Positions 40,601 to 52,600 of a stretch of 64,000 bases of DNA are shown piece after piece. Location: positions 16,496,524-16,560,523 of the forward strand of contig NC_057749.1 in the NCBI RefSeq assembly GCF_004010195.1, written 5' to 3'. The notes under the pieces are model-generated. The model was not told the DNA's origin. It did no database searches and saw only the letters and a program-made list of their open reading frames with translations. Positions within the stretch are counted from its first letter, which is position 1, and each line of letters starts with the position of its first letter. The translations under genes were made by a program, and so were the position numbers. Origin of the DNA: Chiloscyllium plagiosum (Eukaryota).

Positions 40601-43600
40601 ACCCACAATATTCTAATTCAAGAGAGGGTGCTATCCATTGAACAGCGGTTGGCTCCTGAATTTGTGAGCACACAGTACAGAGTGAAACTGACTAGGCTGA
40701 GAGCAATTATCTCACTTACCAGTAGAGAGAAAAAAATTTGCATTCATACAGCAACATGCAATTCCCTGATGTTTCATACTCAATGAATTATTCTTGAAGT
40801 GAAGCCACTGTTGGTGTGTAGATCTTCAAACTGCAATTCTAATAATGCTTTAATTATTAGAAGTGTCAAACTCAGTAAGAATCTCAGCATGTAGCGACAT
40901 ATTGAATAGAAAAAGGTGGTGAAAGCCTGATTATCTGATAGTCAAGAATCCACAGGTGGAGCTGTGTACTATCTTCCAAGTCCAGCCTTGCTTATTCTGC
41001 TGAGCTTTAATACATCTATTTCAAACCCTAAACATCAAATCCTTCTACTGTCAACAATGGAATTCTGAACCCATCCACTGTTGCATCAACTCTAACATTC
41101 TGCAAGTCTGCCCATGTTCCTCACTGCTCTACCAGTGCAGAGGTCAGTCTTGCATTGGGAAATTCTCATCCTCAAGTATCATGGTTCAGTACCACTTCCC
41201 TTTCATCTAGAGTCTGATGAAGAATGTAGTCAGTAGCTTCCTGCTCAGTATTCACTGCTCTTCCACCACAAGTGCATTCTGGAGGGCTTTTGACATGACT
41301 GTTACCCAAGGGCAAGAAAAACTGCTGTTACCTGGTAGATTGTAGAGACGAACTATCTGGTGGAAGTGTTGATAGAAAGTAACAACTTCAGAGAACAATG
41401 GACCTTTGGTAATGCGGGTGATCGCAGCCTGTTTGGAAACATAGGCCTGAAAACAAACGTGCAGTCACTTAATGATACAAATTACACAAAATATGAATAT
41501 TACAATACCTTGTGTATTTTCCAGCTCTTTAAAGTATTATTCTGTACACGACTTAGCATAATGCTGTAGTTTTGCACTTCCTTATATAAAAAAAAGGGGA
41601 AATATTCACACATTCTTTCCACCAAATCTCTTCACAATTCCAGTAGCTTTCCCATTAAGCAAAGCACAGGACCTGACTAAGTGAGGGAGACTATTGAAGT
41701 GAGCAGCATACCAGCTGGTGCACACCTTTCATTATTAAAGAAGGTAGCCACAAGGTTTCTGCCTTTTAACTCTGGCTGCCACAAAGGCGAACAAGTTCAA
41801 AGTATACACAGAAGGGACAACCTTGTAGCTTATATGCCACACAGACCCATAAACATATGTTGCAGGGCAGAGAGAAGGGTGCTGTTGCTGGACTAGAGTT
41901 ACTATAGTTATTGTATAGGTTACAGGTATAATTTCCTGCTAAGGCAGGCCTTACGGAACCTAATGCTGATTTCAGAACTTCACACCCTGACTTAAATGTT
42001 GAGACGTTTTGGAACACGACTATAACTTTGAGTCAAGACTTCTGTATTAAGGAAGGAACATGAACTTTCTTTTCTACAGTTTTCAAACTTCCTCTAGAAT
42101 CTATTAAAACATGAGCTTTCTGTCCATTGAACGTGAAATTACACTTGATAGCATTTTTATATTAAGTAAAAACCTGCTTCCGAAATTATGGCAGCGTTCT
42201 GTTCTTGGTAGGGAACAGTTTTGCCCAGGTTTTGGATAGGAGATCTCCTACGTGCAAATATCCTAGCAAGTGCAAAAGCCTCCACCACCTGTCCAACACA
42301 GTAGGGTTTGAAAGTTGTTGCTTTAAATTCTCATACTTTAGCTTCACCATCAGGAAGGAAGAGATATGCGCCACTCTTATCCTTAAATGACCGTGTCCCG
42401 TACCACATGAACTCCATCCGCACCTTCTGCTTCTGCTGGTCATCTTTCCGCTTGATGGTCTGAAAGTAAACAGCAATTACTGAGCAAAATAAGGAGGCAG
42501 ATAAACTAATGGTTACATTCTAACCAATACCAGAAAAGGAGGGAATAACATGTACCTGAATAAAAGTTACTCAAAAAAAAGTTTAAACATTAAAATTACA
42601 AATTATACAATGGTTCAACCTTATTCCCAACCCAAATCTGTCCATAAGTTGCAACTGTGTGAACCTGTCATTTCCTATCTTTTTAGGCAAGCTCTGTAAC
42701 ATAAGCTGTACTATGTACCATCAATATAACTTTGATTGGAGGAAATAATGGTTGCTTGCACTTTTTAATCCAAGTAAAATGGACCAAACGCTTTCAGCGA
42801 TTCTCAACAAGTCTCTCTATTTATAAGTAGGACATAGGTAGGTCAGACTGTTCTTTGGTAACTTGTGCCAGTCCTATTGACATTCTTACCTCCATTAATC
42901 CTGTCACTCCATTAAACCACACTTGCATGTGCTGATTTTCGATAAAGAAATCATCAGTTGATGACTCCAAGATCTTTACACTGAATGGCTCCTTCTTACT
43001 CACAGTCACATCTCTGTTGCGCAGATAGATGACCACATTGGATTTTACCGTTGCTCGGTAATTAAATGATTCAGTCAGCTGAAACACAGCAAGACTCAGG
43101 GCAGAGAGTCGAGAAACAAAGGAGATCTGTGATGGAGGGGAGAATGGATATCAAAGCAGGGATTATTTGGAGAAAAGAATTCATGCTACACTGAATAAAG
43201 GAGCATATTCATAACTTTTGAGAGTTGACTTTACGCTTTATAGTGTAAGTACTCAGTGGTGTCACTGAAATCTTTAGTGCATTAGTACCAATCGGTCACG
43301 TTCAGAGAACAGGGAGAGAAGGAAGGAACATATTTGTGGCATAAACTAACATTGATTTCTGAACTAATGCTGCGATAGACAAATTCAAAAAAAAGAGTAA
43401 GCTTGCATCTTTATTATGTATTATGCCTTCAGTACATCCCAAAGCACTCCACAGTCAAGTAATTGCTTCTGGTGCATAATTATGTTGGCAATTAACACAC
43501 AGCAAGGCTTCACAAACACTAGATAAAACTGATGAGATAATCTGTTTATAGCACAGTTGGTTGAGGGATGAACATCCGATCATGCCTCCAGGAGAACACT

Positions 43601-46600
43601 CTACTCTTCTGCAAGTACTGCCACGGGTTTTTTTTAAACGATTCATCCAAAAAGAAAGAGTAGTTCTGAGCTAAAGGTTTCTTGGATAATGTAATGTAAT
43701 TTTCTTCCTGTGCTGAAATGCATCAGCCTTAATAACATGCTCAAATCTGGCAGGGAGGTTGAAAACTCCTGACTTTTACTCATGAGTGACAGAAGCTGCA
43801 AGAGAATTGCATTGAGAAGTCCTTTGCCCCATTACCAATGCAGAATCCCTTGAATCTGAGGTTGGAAGGGTGGAATCAATAGCTGTATGTCTATGCCCAA
43901 ATAGACAACACAAAGATTTCACATCTCAGACATTATACTTTACTGAAATTCTTCCGTCAATCCAGAATTGGATTCAAATTCATGTGGACCAAAATTCAGT
44001 TCAGTACCTGATATATGTCAGTTACCATATCTGTTGGGGATTTCCACACAGCGCTGACCTGCGTGGGAAGAATGTTTCCATCGATTAATGTAACCCTGAC
44101 CTGGGGAGAGGTAGCAAGAACAGAAATAACACAGGGGCGTTCTTGCTCAACAGGATTAAATACAACCACATATCTGCAAAAAAAAAAGACAAGGAAGATA
44201 CATCATGAACACTATTTTAACATACAAGAACAGGAGATCTCATTGGGTGAATTACTGTAAAAATTGATATACCTGGGAAGAGACTCCAGCTTTATCACCA
44301 CCTTCTCTGGTAATGTATCATGATTTTGCCGTTTATCATCCTGAAATTAACATTGAAACAATATAATTCATTAACAAGCTAAGTCTAATAATCGCTAACT
44401 ATGACTAAATAAATACATGAAATATCAGGCTATCCAATAACTAGAAATGTCCAAAACCAGACATTTTCTCTCAGCACAGAGCATGAAGAACAGAGAGAAA
44501 AATTATAAACCCTTTCCAATACATGTTTTGTGAGCAATTACATAAATCACATCTTTGAAATCACTATTACCCACTGCCCAACAGTTTTGATGCCTTCATA
44601 TTGAGCCCTGGATATTCTGTACATGATTAAATTAAATAAATTTGTCTCAGAGTATCCTGTGGGTCAAACCAATTGCCCAGGAGAGATTGTCGACCTCAGA
44701 CAAAAGACGGAACAATCCAGAAGTTGAAAATTATTTGCTTGCACTCATCACCTGCCTGCTTTCATCTGATCTGGCCAGTAACGATATTCAAGTGCCACAC
44801 CTGCCTCTTGCACATTGTAATAAACCCAGACTCCAGCCCAGGTAGCCTCTGAACAGAAGTCAGTTTAGCAGTGTGCACAAAATTACTATGCTGTTTTGAA
44901 GAATCAGATCATGTAAAAGCATTGAAGCATTTCAAATTCTTACGACTAATCTGCATTGAATTCTAAGGCACTGCAATTAGCCTAAGAATGGTAATATATT
45001 GGCTAGAGGACAGACCCCTGCAACTCAGTTCTGAGCTTAAAAATATGTTCATCTTAGTTTTGGTTTTAAGAGAGAAAATTATACTTCATAAAGATCAAAA
45101 GATAACTTACCATGTGCAGCAGAAGTGATGACTGGTCATATTTGTAGTCTCTTTTGTCCCGAAGTATTAAGAAGTGAGCTGCATTAATTATCACTCGTTT
45201 CAAGTTCATAAGGGAGTGAAACAATCTGAAAAAGGGGGTGGAAAAAAGAATGTCTGGTTTACACCACATCCATTACAGCTTCTGAAAATTTACATTCATA
45301 TGATGTCCCCCAGTCCCTAAAAACAGAGTATTTATTATAAAGATCTATCATTTTATCTTAGCATTCCTGACTGTGGACTAAAACAGGAAAAAAAGGAAGT
45401 TCAAAATTAAGTGCCATGAAAAGAATTGCTGCACTTGAAAATAAGCTACTGAAACACATCAAGAACATAAGAAATAGGAGAAGTAGTCCATCAAGTCTAT
45501 TCCGCCATTCAATCAACATGGATGATCTGGTAACCCTCAAATCCACTTTCCAGCCTTTTCCCTATACCTTTTGATTCTCTGATTAAAAATATGTCTTTGT
45601 CTTGAATATACTTAATGACCTAACTGTGACAGTAAAGTTGTGACACTTGACAGTGGTGTTTACACTGACTGCTGCTTTGTTGAGTGGTGGTGAGGAGAGA
45701 AAATATGTTTGGAAACGGCACTCTACTGCCATGAGCATAGAGCAACATTTTCCAGCTATAAGTAGCTGACTGGTTTCTGCAAATGCAACAATGCTTGGAC
45801 GCGAAAGGTCATCAGCCTGATAACAAATTTATGGGCAGCTGAACACCTTGCGGTTATGAATGAAACACAGAAGTGTTTTGTGCACACGCAAATCTTGCTC
45901 TCTCCGCACAGTAAAGGTACCTGAAGCATGAAGGAATCCAATTATAAGCATAAGGAACATCATGAACTGTGTGGATCAACGCTACTGAATCGATTCCCCC
46001 CCAATTTTGTCCCCCCGGCAAGTGAGCAACACCAATTTTTCTGTTGGTCTGTATGAGATATTAGTGTTTTGAAAAGGGAGTTAGAGTTTGAACTAGAACT
46101 ATATTTTGATAGCTCACAGCTGTTAACTTGTTATTTCAATTTACTTATATGTATTACATAGAAATTCTTGTTAAGTACAGAAACCAGGTCAGTGTCTCTT
46201 GTTAACTTGATTCCAACAGATAAATCAGAGTTTTGGGCTTGAGAATCAGCGCACGTTCTTAATTAGGTTGTAACCTTACACAATGCCCCATCACAGTCTC
46301 AGAAAGCAAGTTTTGAGAAGATTTGTAGCTCAGATGGAGGTTCTGGATGCACAGAATACCGTGCAATGTCTGTAACAAACAATACATTAGACAAACAGGC
46401 AGAAAACTAGCCACAAAATAACATGACCCTCTCTCACTAGTATCCTTACGTACAGATGAGGAAGGACACCACTTCGACTGGGACAACACATCCACCCAAG
46501 GACAAGCAAAACAGAAACACGCACGAGAATTCCTAGAAGCATGGCATTCCAACCGGAACTCTAACAACAAAAACACATTGACTTGGATCGCATTTACCAC

Positions 46601-49600
46601 CCTCTGAGAAAAAGAACAGGAAATGACATCACTACCCCAAAGAAAGGCAAACATATAAAATAGAAAGCAGGAATCATCAGCAGTGCTTTGTCCAGAGGCT
46701 CACTGAAGATGTTACCTAGTATAGTGACGAAATGTCGAAAACGAACCTTCCAGCTCAGTGAGCAAATCAATATATACACACAGTCTCAGAAAACCTAGCA
46801 TTTATACAAAATTCTATCTCAGCTCATAAATGTCATGTGATCCCAAGGGTTACAATCACAGAGGAGAAAGTGAGGACTGCAGATGCTAGAGATCAGAGCC
46901 GAAAATGTGTTGCTGGAAAAGCGCAGCAGGTCAGGCAGCATCCAAGGAGCAGGAGAATCAACGTTTCGGGCATAAGCCCTTCTTCAGGAATCCCCATGCC
47001 TGACCTGCTGCGCTTTTCCAGCAACACATTTTCAGTTACAATTACAGATAAAGGAAAGGCCATTTAAGACTGAGGAGGAGAGATTTCTTCAGCCAGATAG
47101 CGGTGAGCCTGTGGAATTCTCAGCCACAGAGTGGTTGAGGCCACTGAATGCTCTCAAGGAGAGAGATAGAGTTCTTCGGGCTAAAGGGGTCAAAGAGGAC
47201 AAGGATGGAGGGCCAGGAACAGAATACCGATTTAGATAACTAGCCACGATCTCACAGAATGGCAGAGCAGGCTCAAAGGACTGAATGCTCCTATTCCTGC
47301 TCCTACATCTCTCCAGGCTTTCCATTTTAGCATGAGAAGCAGGAACATTAGCTTTGTTTACTTGGCGGCATTAAGCTGCTAAAACTGAAGTTCAGTGTTC
47401 TTCATAAATCACAATAACTTTGGTATTGTTTGGCACAGAAACATTCATATGAAAATTAAAAGTAAAAGATTTGTTTTAAATTTGGAGGTCCTCAACCTTC
47501 AGCATTTGCAAACCTGTCTTGCTCACTCCATACTAGACAAGCAGTGACCTAGTTTATATGGATTTCTTGGTTAAGTTAAAGTTATACTAAAAGATAATTA
47601 TTTGGCAAACATAAAATGGAAGTTTATTTCATTTCACAGAGGTGCACAGTGACACGTACCGGATTCCATAGTCAACAACCACCACTTCTTTTGAGGTGCC
47701 AGTAATGGCATCATGGTGCTGGAACAAGCCTATGTTCCGGCGAGCTTCTGTTAGTGAGCTATAATCAGAAACTGGGTATTTACTGTCTGCACCAAAGCGG
47801 CGAGCGTGATTTAAGGCCAAGCTGTAGAGGATCTCAGCTGCTCTGGAATAAAATTAAAGGCTTTTTATTTAAGGCTCACGAATTATTTAATAAAAATGCC
47901 AGTGCACATTTATTGACACAGAATTTTATAGAAGGAAGACATTCAGCTCAATGTAATTCAGCCAGTTCAGAGCTTAATCCCAATCCCTTATACTCGCCCC
48001 ATTTAGCTTAAACATCACCCTTTGTAATACATTTATCCATTTTCTTATTTGAAAGTTACTCTGCTTCCACCATTCTAAAAGTCCTCTGCTTTTTTTTAAA
48101 AAAGCATCTCCTTTTGTTCTATAGAAAGGAGCCCAAGTTTCCATACCTTCTTCTGAACTAAAATCTCCCACCGATAAAGCTTCCCTGCATCCTTTCAATG
48201 AGCTGATGTAGTTCCTAAAGTTCAGAGCCCAAATTCCTATTGTTTGTTTAGCAAAACCTATCTTATTCTCCGTATTTCACTAACACTATCTATCACTCCA
48301 GGTCCACCCATCTCTGTCCTCTTAGATTCTTGTCTCTCCCTCCAAGACTCAATTATTAATTAGTAATATCTTTTAACACTCTTTTTACTCTTTTCTACCA
48401 CATTAGAAAAAAGAACTTTAAATACAACTGCTTACAAACATAGCCCCTTACCTGAGGTGTGATTCCAGGACTCTGTCTAGATTCTTATAAAAGGGTCGGG
48501 AGGTAAAATATCCACTCCAATAATGGTCCTCACGGTCAGCATAGGTGAAGAAGTCTCCACTGAGGATAGGGTAGGATGGAGGCTTGCTACCTGGGCTAAC
48601 ACCGTATTTTTTATAGACAGCATCAAAGTACTCAGATAGCGTTCCAAACTGCACCTGGTAAATAAATGGACATTCAGAACAAAGCAAAGACAGACACCTA
48701 CATATTGGAGACACAGTTTCTCTAAAAATTCCCAACCCCCAAGACATTTCCATCTATCAACTTAGGTGCATTTTATCACAGATACACTTTCAACACCTTT
48801 CCCAGCAAACTTCATTTGCATGAGAATCTGACATTCAAATTTGGAAGACATCGCAGCTAAGCCAAATTTGCTCAAGCTTCCAGGTATGCCCAGAAACCTC
48901 AGAACCTCTCCTTGCCTAAGCTGCTACAATCAACTGTTTCCTCTCGGTTGCCCTGCCTGGCGAGCTAGATAGCTCAGTAGATGGCTCATCAAAGCAGAGA
49001 TCTGCCTGCTCTGTACAACTGGTAAACTGCTGGAATCCAGACAGCTAGTCAAAGTCTGTGAGAAGATTTGTAGCTTGGGTGCTCGTGGTTGTGGTTCTGT
49101 TCACCGAGCTGGGAATTTGTGTTGCAGACGTTTCGTCCCCTGTCTAGGTGACATCCTCAGTGCTTGGGAGCCTCCTGTGAAGCGCTTCTGTGATCTTTCC
49201 TCCAGCATTTGTAGTGGTTTGAATCTGCCGCTTCCGGTTGTCAGTTCCAGTGGTCGGTATATTGGGTCCAGGTCGATGTGCTTATTGATTGAATCTATGG
49301 ATGAGTGCCATACCTCTAGGAATTCCCACTTATTATCTCCCACTTATTAGGGCAAATTTGCTTTTGGATCAATACCGGAAAAAGTCCAAGTTGTTCTCTA
49401 TTCGGCTTGTCCTATTATAGTAGTGTTGTCCAGTCGAATTCATGTTGCTTGTCATCTGCGTGTGGCTACTAAGGATATCTGGTCGTGTCGTTTCGTGGCT
49501 AGTTGGTGTTCAGCTATCCTTAGTAGCCACACACGCAGATGACAAGCAACATGAATTCGACTGGGACAACACTACTATTATAGGACAAGCCAAACAGAGA

Positions 49601-52600
49601 ACAGCCAGGGAATTCCTAGAGGCATGGCACTCATCCACAGATTCAATCAATAAACACATCAACCTGGACCCAATATACCGAGCACTGCAACGGACAGCTG
49701 GAACTGACAACCGGAAGCGACAGATTCAAACCACTACAAATGCCGGAGGAAAGATCACAGAAGCGCTTCACAGGAGGCTCCCAAGCACTGGAGGATGTCA
49801 CCTAGACAGGGGACGAAACGTCTGCAACACAAATTCCTAGCTCAGCGAACAGATCCAGACAGCTATATTTCTCCCTTGACAGAGACACTTACTTGCACAT
49901 GAAGCTCAGGGTGAGAGTTCATGTAGTCAAAAAGTTTTGCATAATTCTGGAATTGCTGGTCCCACTCCAGAGCATTGTCATAACGAAAGTCATCTCCAAC
50001 TGGAATCAGGACCACTTTGCTCTTGAACAACTTGGACTTTTTCCGGTATTGATCCAAAAGCAAATTTGCCCTAATAAGTGGGAGATAAGAATCTGCACTG
50101 AGAATGTAACAAACACATGTGGAAGGAAGACAAGAACAAGCGTTAGCATGCTTTCTTATCAGTAATAAGAAAATGATACTGTCAATTCACTGAACATTTC
50201 CTCTTAGGAAAGTAAAATTACTTCCAGAAAGCAGCACCATGGGATATGAAAATGAGGAGTAAGCAACCTCGTTAAACAAATCAAAATGAGATGTTATAAA
50301 TACATCTGCACAGACTTCTTTCAACCTTTCCCATTATAAATTGCCCAGTTCATTGTTACTACATATATAAATGTCACATGGTAAATATTTCCCACTAGTG
50401 GAGGTGCTATAGTGTGACCAGCATCAACAGCAAGTCATCAAAGTTGGACAAATTTAGACAGATTATTTCCAAGGTGACAGTGTATGTGGAAATTTATAAT
50501 GGAAGCAGATATAGATAAAATCCAGGACATTAAAACAGCAACTAAATAATACTTGCACAACTTGTTCTAATTATGTATGCCCTCTAACAAATTTATTTTC
50601 ACTGAAATGCAGAGAAGTTGCAATACAGAATTTGCCATTTAACTCAACCAGCCATGTCAACCTTTACCCTTCTCGTGGGAACATTGCTATAATCATATTT
50701 CAATACATTCTTACCACGATGTATTTTCTTTCATCCACCTAACCAATACCATCTTTAAGACTGATTTTTGCCTGAATCACCAACTGAATTTCACAGGTTT
50801 GTAACTCAAGAAACTTCAAGCGCATCTTCCTATTTCCAGTGCTCCCTTATCCCAGAACCCTCAATCACTTATAATAATCTGCTATCTATCCGACCCCACT
50901 TTCTTTTAAAAGCACTTCAATCATGTTGCCCCATAATCTGCTATGTTCAGGCCATTTTTTTTTTAATTCCATTTTTTTTTATATACTATGTTTAAACCTT
51001 CAACTGCCTATATATTAAAAAAAAGGAGTCGCGACAGCATGCCTGGAGATGTTTGAACTGAACAACTAGTGCAGTCATGGCGAGATTGCTTAACACCCAG
51101 TACATCAGCCAACCAAAAAGAGAAAATACAAGACCACAATGAGTAAATGTTACCTGGGGCAGAAAGATTCCAGATCTGATGTTTCTACGTGGAATTAGCT
51201 GATTTGAACTAGATAGCAGAATCCAGCTCATTAGTAATCTGTTACCTTTTGTTTTTACCTGTCTCTGGGCCCCATCTCCACATAATCTATTCACTGGCAC
51301 AACCCCCCTATCATCAGTATAAAAATGATCTTTTTCAGATATTCAGTTCTGACGAAGGGTCACTTAAAACATCTTCTCTGTAGATGCTACCATACCTGCT
51401 GAATTTTTTCATCACTTTTTGTAGCGGAATTCTACAACTGGTATAAAAAAAACTTGGTGGATTTAAATCAAGAAGAATAATCAATAACCAAGTTGCAATT
51501 CTACTTAAGGTTTTTAAATCAATGGTGGCAAATAGGAAAACTGCACAAGAAAGACACCCTAAGCCAACTATTCTAGCACAACGATCAAGAATTCAGGCAG
51601 TCCATCACAACATCCAACTGGCTCTTCAATTATTGCAGGGAATTTCACTTCCAATATCATCCTTTCCTGCCTCCAACATACCTGTTTCACAAGTTGATCG
51701 CATGAAGAACTTCCGACAACAGTAGGGTATGAACCAACAGCATGGAAATTCAACAGAAGATGTGGAGATTTTCAAACAAAATAAATTTTGAACAAAAAAG
51801 CAGTGCTCTCGTGATGACTGCACAAAACTGACCAAACAACCATTCAGTCCAGGATCTGGATTAGTGGTGCTGGAAGAGCACAGCAATTCAGGCAGCATCC
51901 GAGGACAGGCAAAATCGACGTTTCGGGCAAAAGCCCTTCATCAGGAATAAAGGCAGAGAGCCTGAAGCATGGAGAGATAAGCTAGAGGAGGGGGGGGGTG
52001 GGGAGAGAGTAGCATAGAGTACAATAGGTCAGTGGTTCTTGTAGAGAGAGGAGGAAAACTTCTTCAAGGCAGGCATCCTTGCAAGAGGATTCGCAGTAGG
52101 GTTAAAATCAACGAGGTAAAAACAATGACTGCAGATGCTGGAAACCAGATTCTGGATCAGTGGTGCTGGAAGAGCACAGCAATTCAGGCAGCATCCGAGG
52201 ACAGGCAAAATCGACGTTTCGGGCAAAAGCCCTCCATCAGGAATAAAGGCAGAGAGCCTGAAACATGGAGAGATAAGCTAGAGGAGGGGGGGGGGGGGGA
52301 GAGAGTAGCATAGATTTTACAGTTCCTGCGGTGGCAGGGGAAAGTGCCAGGATGGGAGGGTGGGTCGTAGGGGGGCGTGGACCTGTGCCAGGATGGGAGG
52401 GTGGGTCGTAGGGGGGCGTGGACCTGAACCATCAAACTCCAACCAATTATAGCCTCGTGAAAATGGATAGACTGGTGTTCATAGCTACAAGTCAAGTAAT
52501 GGCGAAAATACACATACCAGTTAATGCTGACTAGTTGGGATGAAGATTAAGCATTTCCCTCAAAAGATAAAATTAAAGCTTTATCCTATGAGTAACAAGA

